Shown piece after piece: positions 56,801-64,000 of a stretch of DNA of 64,000 nt (position 1 is the stretch's first letter; every line of letters starts with the position of its first letter). Source of the stretch: Tubiluchus corallicola (lineage: Eukaryota; Animalia; Priapulida); assembly GCA_030141605.1 (NCBI GenBank), contig JAQGDQ010000665.1:1-64000 (forward strand), in the 5' to 3' direction. A program made the position numbers and the translations under genes. A model generated the notes under the pieces. The model did not search any database. It was not told the DNA's origin and saw only the letters and a list, made by a program, of their open reading frames with translations.

Positions 56801-58749
56801 ATACTTACACTGCATCAGTGTTCACTCCGTTGTCCAAGAGAAATTTCACAAAGTTCTGATGACCAGAACTGGTAGCATGGAACATGGCCGTCCAGCCTTT
56901 CATATCTCGTGCTTCCAAAATAGCACCAGCCTGTAAAATACATAAAACCATTAATTTCATTATATAAAATACACAACAATAATTTCCTAGTAAAATACAT
57001 ATAAACATAAATTGAGACTGAGAAGAGGAATGACCAGGCCTCGGCACCATTCTGAACTGAGGTTGCCAAGCACCAGTGACCAGGGATGTGCAATGCTGAT
57101 AATTGCACTTTCGGTTAAGTTTCAGTTTCGGCGAAATTTATTAAGTTTCTTAGCCGAAACTGCGGATAATTTTTGGTAGCATTTTCTCGAGGTTTTACTA
57201 GTATTTATCCAATTTACCTTTTCTTTTCTCCCAGAAGACAAAAGCCGCTGAAAAATCTTGGCTAAATTAGTTCAAATAAAGCAAAAATTTCGTTTGCATT
57301 TTGTGATTTGCTTTTCACAGCAATGAGGTGTATCTTCAGTGATGACGACTGTGAAGTTTTAATGTCTCCAGGCCCAATCAAACAAAATATCAAACCATGT
57401 TTGAATTTACTTGAGCAAAATCACGTTTAATTTTACAATTTATGAAATATAAGCAACAAAATATCTACAAAATAAAATCTCTTTGTTTTAATGAAGCATT
57501 ATGTTCTTTAAATGTTGATCATCAAAGATACTTAAATCCAGAAACATTATAACACATGTTCTGAGATAAGCCACTCCATCAAATTTGAGGTTCTATACTA
57601 TAAAACTTCCTTCTCCTTTTTGTATCGGATTTTTTTATCTCTAATTTTACACCACTGCAAAAAAAGCAAACAAACAAAAACAAAATATTTGCCTAATTTT
57701 AGAATTTTTTTCAGTTTTAATAGTCCTCAGTTTTGCAAAAATTTTTCGGTATCGATTTCCTATGTTTCACAAATTTCGGTTTCGGTTTGCAAATTCAGTT
57801 TCGGTAACATCCCTGCCCGTGACCACTCGGCTATTTCTCGAAGTCCTTTCCTCGAAAACGTAAACAACTACGTTACCTGCAGCAAAAAATATCCGACACT
57901 TTCATTACCACAGCTGGCAGCCAGCATCAACGGCGTGCAACCTTTATCATTCTTCATGTTGACGTCAACTCCGGCGTCTAAGAGAAGATTAACCACGTTG
58001 TCATGCCCGATGTAACAAGCGTACATCAATGCCGTCCATCCGCCCTTATTCTTTCTATTGAGACCAGCTGCAGACCTAAATACAGAAGAGGCAAATTGTT
58101 GTGTTTTGTTTCTCTCGGAAGGCTCGTAGAGAAAACCGGAAAACACTCCGTCAAATTAAACTAGTTTATTAAGCGAGAATTCTACAACACAAAAGTATGA
58201 AGGAACGTGAAATGTTTACACTAAACGTGAAAATCTGGAAAACGTTTGAATGTATCTGAAAATACAAGGATACAAGAGAATGTGTAAGTGGCATCCGTGC
58301 GAAATCTGCGTGTCTTGTAAGCGGCCTGCTTCGCCTTATTTAGGGTGCCCGAGAAACTTCCAGAAGTTTTGTTCCAGAATATTCTAGGTAATGTAGTTTA
58401 CAATATCTTAGAGCATTCTTTATTCTGCACCAATGTTTACACAACCATCCAGTTTTCCTTTGATCAATCACACAAACCTGATCATCAAAAACACCTATTC
58501 AAAACAAACAAGCTAATTTATGTAGTGATGCACACACATTAAATGCAAGTAATGAAACTCTTACTTGGCAAGTTGGCCATTTACAACGTCGTAACTGCCC
58601 AGGCTAGCAGCAGTGTGCAGATCGAAAGAAATCGGATCAAAATTCTCCGCCTCCACATAGCAGGGTCCTTTCCATACAGATAAACTTCGATCCAGTAACT
58701 CTGACTCGCTAGCTTCATCAGATGCTTCATATAAATAATCGTTGAACAT
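43724..58749 (-). CDS. ANKS3: Ankyrin repeat and SAM domain-containing protein 3 gene span, 12 coding exons, ~683 aa
   Basis: Phase-consistent chain of 2052 nt. Motifs: SDEASESELLDRSLSVW, DLHTAAS, GGWTALMYACYIGHD, TPLMLAASCGNES, AAAEGHEIIVQYFL, SAM domain, LFGPRRKMTSAIARWH, AYADKLEVEMQEMAIQLH, QERELRSVVE; all match recalled ANKS3 motifs. Confidence 0.93.
44370..45470. repeat. 26-bp minisatellite (ACTTACATCACAGCAACGTAACAATA), ~42 copies
   Basis: Direct. Confidence 0.95.
45757..45929 (-). CDS. ANKS3: ANKS3 coding exon 11 (coiled coil)
   Basis: ACSQADVAKQQVIQERELRSVVEECVMENK. Confidence 0.85.
45936..46420. mobile_element. hAT-like MITE, copy 2, with 8-bp TSD
   Basis: GCCTAAAA|CAGGTATGAGAAT ... 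ACTCTCATCCCTG|GACTAAAA. Confidence 0.85.
46742..46883 (-). CDS. ANKS3: ANKS3 coding exon 10 (SAM end / coiled coil)
   Basis: LFGPRRKMTSAIARWHS...AYADKLEVEMQEMAIQLHQ (read manually). Confidence 0.92.
47435..47690 (+). mobile_element. tRNA-derived SINE
   Basis: Degenerate A/B boxes (GGTTTAGTCTAGTTG; GAGTTGAATC) followed by CATACCAAATACTTTAAAAATGGTACCTGCTG (resembles Meta/MESC-type SINE central domains, from memory); second copy at ~59590-59770. Confidence 0.7.
47715..47830. repeat. (TAT)n microsatellite
   Basis: Direct. Confidence 0.95.
48128..48330 (-). CDS. ANKS3: ANKS3 coding exon 9 (SAM domain)
   Basis: PHDLGEFLNQIGLRKYLSLLVEQDIDLRVFLTLTENDLKEVGI. Confidence 0.92.
49856..49998 (-). CDS. 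ANKS3: ANKS3 coding exon 8
   Basis: GDAEASDNAFVQPGAVTIKSGSGSSG...SPSPR; donor AGG|GTAAGC. Confidence 0.8.
50557..50775 (-). CDS. ANKS3: ANKS3 coding exon 7
   Basis: GTPSVRDGPAVIEQL...VPSGYVTF; phase 1-1; acceptor is the last unit of a 57-bp array. Confidence 0.8.
50748..51944. repeat. 57-bp tandem repeat x21 whose unit is the ANKS3 exon 7 acceptor junction
   Basis: Unit GCAGGACCATCCCGCACACTAGGCGTACCTAAAGCATTACACAAGCTTTACAAAACT; exact 57-bp period (50748 to 51888 = 20 x 57). Confidence 0.95.
52173..52283 (-). CDS. ANKS3: ANKS3 coding exon 6
   Basis: GLHPGKIDVSSSDEG...SKHK, phase 1-1; DxSSSDE motif. Confidence 0.8.
52515..53390. repeat. 26-bp minisatellite (same family as 44370-45470), containing a copy of the exon 5 3' end
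   Basis: Same unit; 53245-53308 duplicates 53391-53454. Confidence 0.9.
53391..53526 (-). CDS. ANKS3: ANKS3 coding exon 5 (last ankyrin)
   Basis: GVDVNAKTVLGDTARSLALLNHHTKVVTLIDNY (read manually). Confidence 0.88.
54520..54850 (-). mobile_element. Degenerate CORE-type SINE
   Basis: Minus strand: tRNA-like head, CTTGAGCAAAG...CCTGTCTGCTCCTAGAGGTAAAGCGTACC, then TTGCTCCCTGGATAGTTGAG, resembling invertebrate CORE-SINE consensus (from memory). Confidence 0.5.
55212..55293 (-). CDS. ANKS3: ANKS3 coding exon 4 (ankyrin)
   Basis: EPHQGLTPFIMAAAEGHEIIVQYFLHR. Confidence 0.92.
55403..55643. mobile_element. Hairpin MITE-like element with one arm duplicated
   Basis: GAACTGAAAGGTACAGC...TTGCATC occurs twice, then its reverse complement ends CCTTCAGTTCAATTC. 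Confidence 0.7.
56525..56808. repeat. TACG/TATG-rich minisatellite abutting the ANKS3 exon 3 donor
   Basis: Units like ACGTATTACACGTATGTACGTATGTATTATGT. Confidence 0.9.
56809..56930 (-). CDS. ANKS3: ANKS3 coding exon 3 (ankyrin)
   Basis: AGAILEARDMKGWTAMFHATSSGHQNFVKFLLDNG. Confidence 0.92.
57081..57815. mobile_element. hAT-like MITE with 8-bp TSD
   Basis: CCAGTGAC|CAGGGATGT ... ACATCCCTG|CCCGTGAC; subterminal TTCGGT motifs. Confidence 0.75.
57877..58075 (-). CDS. ANKS3: ANKS3 coding exon 2 (ankyrin repeats)
   Basis: LNRKNKGGWTALMYACYIGHDNVVNLLLDAG...CGNESVGYFLLQ. Confidence 0.93.
58565..58749 (-). CDS. ANKS3: ANKS3 coding exon 1
   Basis: MFNDYLYEASDEASESELLDRSLSVW...DLHTAASLG; donor AA|GTAAGA; UTR acceptor at 58792. 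Confidence 0.9.
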
Positions 58750-59589
58750 CGTCTCTTACACTCTCTACGGCGTTCTCATATCAATGTTGTACCTTTAAAG
58801 TGGAAACTTTGGGTTGGGGTAATTTGATCGTCTTTATTTGATATTAATTTAAGACCTAGATGCAAGAGCTATCTATCAGATGACAGAAAAAAACCAAGAT
58901 TCCACGTTTAAATCAACGATAACTTAGACAAGAGAGTCAGAAAGTAAACCTGGAAACATATAGAAAAATAATATGCAGGGATTTACCTATTTGTGCCGTC
59001 GCTCGCACGTATGTTGTTTCGTTTATTATCACGGTATTACTTTCCATAATTTAAATTACTCTAGTGAGGCATAAAGTCAATAAAAGCAAAATTTTTCCTG
59101 ACATTTACCCTTTCTATTTCCCAATTTCACTCTAGTTTTCGTTTGTTTCTTTAAATTCTTTATACACAGTTCTCTTTTTGCTATATGAAAAACTGTTTAT
59201 AATTCTACTCACAAAACCGAATAAATAAGTCTTTCGCCGTCCATGATGAAACAACCGCACAACAGAAATTCGCGCAGCGACCGCGCTCTTTCACTTTTTC
59301 GAAATTTTTGTTGAGCATGGTGCACTTTCTGTGCTTTTAGGTCCTTTGCAAATGATTTGTAAAAAATGACCTAATAACGAAAACTGTCATTATATGATTT
59401 CTTTGTATATTCACTTGTTCCAAATTAATGTTATTATTAAAAACAAGATTAAAAATTTACAATAGTACATTTTAAATGAGAACCAAAAGACCTGCTAACA
59501 TACAATCAAGTTGCAGTAATTAGTAACGATACAAAAGTTGCACAGGCTTTAAATGATGTGCATTATTCGTTACTTTTAAGGGGTGTTGT

Positions 59590-59770
59590 TTAGTTTATGC
59601 CAGACAGTTTAGAGTTTGATACAGCGGGCCTTGTCATACCAAAGACTTTAAAAATAGTTCCTGATGTTGCCCTGCCTGGGTATTTAAGGTAAAAGTGGGG
59701 TAAAAATAGTATCTGTTATGTAATTGTAGATTGTTGTTCACAGTCGGCCCAAAAGTTCTTTGAGTAAAGA
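59590..59770 (+). mobile_element. tRNA-derived SINE, second copy
   Basis: GTCATACCAAAGACTTTAAAAATAG...GGTAAAAGTGG...CAGTCGGC matches 47435-47690. Confidence 0.7.
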
Positions 59771-60977
59771 GAATGTTTAATTGATTTATAATTAATACTC
59801 AATCTATTAGCACATTCATTGAAACACGACTCTCAGTTCTCAGAATGCAGATGGCAGAATATTGATGAAGCCCAGTTGCTAGGTAGAACTTGCCAAGATT
59901 ACATGCCTAAATAAGGGTGACACAGTTTGATGTGCAGAGACCTACTGCGCATCCATAGGGTTAACAAAACCAGCCGTACTCTGAGCCGGCATCTGAGAGA
60001 GGGTTACAGTCTTGATCACTCAACACTAGGTTGTATCTGCAATGTTTATTTTGATTATATATATTTAATGATTGTAGAATTTTATAAATTGAAACGTTAC
60101 GCTTTTGGCATACCTTCTTGGCTATTCAAGCGTATACGAATGCACCACCTTAAGCAGTAATCAACAGCAGCTATAGACAGTTCATAGAGCAACTACAAAC
60201 TTTACTTTACTCTTTGTGGCTTATATTAATTGTCCATCAAAAAAGCTTACTTTAAATAACGATTATTATTACAGTATTACATAAGATCACAAAATTTTTT
60301 AAAACTTGCTAGCCAAATGCTAAACAAAATTAAAGCTTTCTAAAATAACATATCTACAGTAAGCATTGTTTTGCCTTGCATTACTATTTTTATCAGAGAG
60401 TGGAAAAATTGGTTTAACCACCTCCGTTGCAACACTTTAATCCGTATAATTATACTTCATTTGAACCCATGATAAGAACATTATGGACGTATACACACAA
60501 TCAGCATGTCAGCTTTTCAAGATGCCAGCTTGTTTAATAATTGTTTTAAGCAATCTGTTTCAATGTTGTTTTTATTCAATTTTATTAGGTATTTTTTCTT
60601 AAAATCATTATGGCGTCATTAAAGTCTTATGGTGTCATTAAATTGTATTTTGTCCGAGTTTTTGTTTATTACTGGATTTGCTTGTAACCTTCAAATGAAA
60701 TAATGGATCACTGATCTTAGTTTTAGTGTCTTTAATGATATTTTTAAATAAAGTGATTTTTGTATACCTTAATGATATTTTTAAATAAAGTGATTTTTGT
60801 ATACCTTAAACAGATACTTTCTTGTTGCGCCAGAGAATGTCAGACGTTTGAAGGTGAGACATACATGGAACTGCATCCTGATCAAAAGAGATACTCTTCT
60901 TTTAAACATGAAAATCCTACATAGACTATATCGAGTTATCTTTTTAGACTGAGGTACCCACAAAAAACTGTGGCACC

Positions 60978-60983
60978 TTTATT
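60978..60983 (-). promoter_or_regulatory. Candidate KRI1 polyadenylation signal AATAAA
   Basis: TTTATT on + strand ~225 nt downstream of the stop; the region is AT-rich so chance matches are common. Confidence 0.35.
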
Positions 60984-61207
60984 TAGTTGCACTATCTAGA
61001 AAGAAAAGTTGCCACAAAAATATGCAGCCACTTTTTTGTAATGTGCAAGCATAAAACACCATAACGTACGTACTCAAAGCTTGAGTCTGACAAAATAAAC
61101 TATATTTAGATATGTATTGGCATAACACTAGTTTACAATAATTACAAATTTACAATTTCTGGCATTTTTTTTATAATGTTAGACTGTATGTTTGACTGTG
61201 AATTATT

Positions 61208-63202
61208 TTACAGCACCTTGAATTTGTTTTTGTACTTCTTTGGATTGAGCCCATAAGCTTTTAATCGGTCAGCTGTCATCACTTTTTCAAATGATTTCTT
61301 TTTAACTTTTCGTTTTGTTCGTTTGTTTTTTGGCTGAAAGTTGCTATCTTGACCCAGACCATCATTCTTAGACACATCATCATTCGGCTTTGACAACCGA
61401 GCCATTTTACAAACTGATTCTGCCCTTTCAGTTCTTGTTTCTTTGGAACTGCCTGCTTTCAACGGCTCATCATTACCATGTGCAAATGATACATCATCAC
61501 TGCCATGAGCAGAACTGTCAAAACCACCTGCTTTCTTCTTTCGCCGTCTTCTTTTTCTCGGAACATCCGGGTTTTCGGTCTCCTCAGAGTGATATAAACT
61601 AGGCAATATTCTAGATCTTTTCTGCTCATTCTGTGCTTTTTTGGAGAAAGCCTGCAAATCGTATCGCTCCTCATCCTCTGTTCGATATTGACATGTTTTC
61701 TTTACGGATGCCCAAGCGTTTAGTTCTTTGTCCTTTGCATTTAAAACGTCGCTTACCGAAAGTCCAAAATCATTAGGTAAGACATCTCTATATTTGAAAC
61801 GGCAAGGCTGATCTCCAATCACATCTTCAAAGTCTAGCCGGTAAAACTCGTTAAAGTACTCGTCAAAAGATTTTGTTTGTGGATTGAAGAGGGGTTTTGA
61901 TTTTTTTACTGCCTCCATAAACTTTGACGACTTTTGCGAGTCCTTCTTCATAATATGTTGTGAAATGTCATCTTGCCATGATGTTCTCTGTGTGTCACTA
62001 ATTGTACTGATGCTAGCAGCTGCCTCATCTTCATCGTCTTCGCTGCCTCTTGCCTCATGCAGGTTTTCATCAGATTTTATGCTAACATTCCAATTATCCC
62101 AGTTAACTTCATCGTCATCCTCATCAGGGAAAACAGGTTTAGTGTCAGCTTCCTCTACATCATAAAAATCCTCATTGAAAATCTTTTTCATCATCTCATC
62201 ATGATACGCAGGGTCAAAGTCATTATCTAGGTCTTTTTCGGTTACGGCAAGTTCTTCAGCACCAATCACTTTTTTTAATTTGTCCATCTTCTCCAGAATT
62301 TCATTTTTCTTCAGTAATTTAAGCTGCTTTAACTCTTCTTTCACTTTGTCTTTTTCTTTTGCTTTTCTAACTTTTCTTTCTTTTCGCTTTTCGCCACGTT
62401 GGTCTTGTTTGCGACGCAATGAATCTTTTGTTGTTCTCGGAAATGTCTTGATAAATTCCGAATCAGGTTCCTCAAACCGAAAGTTATACTTATGTTCAAA
62501 CTGCTCTTGCTTTTCTACTGCTGCTTCGTCATCAGACAAATCTGGCTCATCGGCTACTATTTCTTCATACGTCGGTAATTCGTCATCGCTATGTTCAACG
62601 TAACGCTTGTTTAATAAAAAATCCTTCAAAAAAGCTTCGCCTTCATCGAGGTCAGGCTTATTCCAATATTCTTTCAAGTACTGCAAGTCTGTTCCCATTT
62701 CTTTATCACTCATTTCCTGTTTTGCACCTTTTAACCACTGTCTATAATCGTCTTCTTCTTTTTTGAGTTCTGCTTTTGACTTATGTCTGACAGATAACAG
62801 ATCTTCACCACCATCTTCGTCATCAGACTCCATAACAGCAGCAAAGCTTTTCTTTATTGCAGCTTGTTCCTCTACATAACTTGGAGACTCTGGACGAGTA
62901 TTACTAACAGTAGACTCACATTCACTGTCGCTCGACCAGCCTTCATTTTCTATAATTGCTTTTCTTTCATAATCTTTGATGTATATGGGTCTTTCTGTGC
63001 TTTTATGTACTTTAGATTTATTACTGTCTTCATCTTCACTGGAATGACTGCTGAAAAACTTTTCATTTTTATCGTACACTTTCGGGTCCTTGCTTTTTAG
63101 CATCGACAGAGCTCGGAAAAAATCTTTTTCCACTTGTGGAGTTAGAGCTTCCGCATCATCATCTTCGTCTTCAGAGTCCGACTCATCACTTTCGTTATCG
63201 AC
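61208..63202 (-). CDS. KRI1: KRI1 coding exon 2 (1995 nt)
   Basis: CTTTACAG acceptor at 63203, phase 0, continuous with the 641-aa ORF; TAA at 61208. Confidence 0.93.
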   Translation of the reverse strand, partial: VDNESDESDSEDEDDDAEALTPQVEKDFFRALSMLKSKDPKVYDKNEKFFSSHSSEDEDSNKSKVHKSTERPIYIKDYERKAIIENEGWSSDSECESTVSNTRPESPSYVEEQAAIKKSFAAVMESDDEDGGEDLLSVRHKSKAELKKEEDDYRQWLKGAKQEMSDKEMGTDLQYLKEYWNKPDLDEGEAFLKDFLLNKRYVEHSDDELPTYEEIVADEPDLSDDEAAVEKQEQFEHKYNFRFEEPDSEFIKTFPRTTKDSLRRKQDQRGEKRKERKVRKAKEKDKVKEELKQLKLLKKNEILEKMDKLKKVIGAEELAVTEKDLDNDFDPAYHDEMMKKIFNEDFYDVEEADTKPVFPDEDDDEVNWDNWNVSIKSDENLHEARGSEDDEDEAAASISTISDTQRTSWQDDISQHIMKKDSQKSSKFMEAVKKSKPLFNPQTKSFDEYFNEFYRLDFEDVIGDQPCRFKYRDVLPNDFGLSVSDVLNAKDKELNAWASVKKTCQYRTEDEERYDLQAFSKKAQNEQKRSRILPSLYHSEETENPDVPRKRRRRKKKAGGFDSSAHGSDDVSFAHGNDEPLKAGSSKETRTERAESVCKMARLSKPNDDVSKNDGLGQDSNFQPKNKRTKRKVKKKSFEKVMTADRLKAYGLNPKKYKNKFKVL

Positions 63203-63982
63203 CTGTAAAGAATATCGCTAAGTGAAAGATTAAGAAAGTACAGCGAATTACTTATATATATTTCATCTAGAAGTCATAAATTAAGGACGTTCATTCCATA
63301 ACATTATGAACATTCTTTAAACGTATTCATGTGCATTGTTTAATTCTTCATATAAAAAATAACAAAAACCTTTGATCAAGTTCTGTGATTGATTAGCTTA
63401 ACTTTGGATTTGTTTTCGTACTTTGTGGGATAAGCTTTTCTCTCTTGAGAAGCAGATACACATTTGCTGAAAATTTTGCTCAATTCTCCATATCTCCATA
63501 ATTTAAGTTTATCAAGAATGTTCACACAATGGCGCCTACTGAACGAAGTAGATATTAGCACTTGGAGGATATAACTAAGGAAAAGGATATGTCGTGTAAT
63601 GATATAAGATTTAAACATTGTTGCCCGTGTGGTCTAAAACTGGAAGAAAAATATATTGAGAGAGAGACGGAAAGGGAAGATGAGAAAAAAGTTAATGGTA
63701 CTCAACCAGGTCGACAGTGATTGTTGTTGCTGTCAAGCAATAAATGGTAGTCCCTTGTGGCAAGCTACTCTGAGATAAAAGCGTCAGAAACACTGAACCT
63801 GAACAGAAGGGACGACGACTATGTATTCTTACCACTTCTCCATATTTATCTTTCAATTTCTGCAACTCTTCTTTTCCACGCCATTTATCATAACTATTAG
63901 CATATAACTGGTTGATCCTAAACTCAAGTTTTGGTGACTCTCTGTCAGAGTCAGAATCTGATTCAAGCAAATCTTTGGGCAT
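61208..63982 (-). CDS. KRI1: Protein KRI1 homolog (40S ribosome biogenesis factor), 2 coding exons, ~714 aa
   Basis: Motifs KEELQKLKDKYG, EKDFFRALSMLKSKDPKVYD, EAFLKDFLLNK, FEHKYNFRFEEP, IKTFPR...SLRRK, YRLDFEDVIGDQPCRFKYRDV, DFGLS...DKELNAWASVKK, DRLKAYGL. Confidence 0.95.
63833..63982 (-). CDS. KRI1: KRI1 coding exon 1
   Basis: ATG at 63982; 150 nt; donor GTG|GTAAGA. Confidence 0.9.
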
Positions 63983-64000
63983 TTTGACTAAATTTACATT

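Noticed and set aside
61390-63100. Short ORFs overlapping KRI1 on the opposite strand or another frame
   Set aside because: Shadow ORFs of the long KRI1 exon.

Overview
AT-rich, intron-rich eukaryotic (invertebrate animal-like) genomic DNA carrying three head-to-tail genes on the minus strand. They are KRI1 (2 coding exons, ~714 aa, 61208-63982), ANKS3 (12 coding exons, ~683 aa, 43724-58749) and CCAR1 (21 coding exons, ~1100 aa, 3888-36131). I built the exon chains by hand from splice sites and phase continuity, and recognised the genes from recalled family motifs; no database search was run. Introns are full of minisatellites, MITEs (Tigger/pogo-, hAT- and Ginger-like), SINEs and LINE fragments, and most long ORFs in the supplied track are repeat artefacts. 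The most unusual signals concern splicing. (1) A 21 x 57-bp array in ANKS3 has the 3' splice site plus exon start (AG|GT) as its unit, and other repeats are also nucleated on exon boundaries. (2) A hAT-like MITE's target-site duplication copied an ANKS3 acceptor. (3) CCAR1 has a non-canonical GC donor followed by PTC-containing alternatives. (4) CCAR1 intron 9 contains competing local and long-range RNA pairings, and two sense-oriented 5S-rRNA-promoter-like elements flank exon 9.
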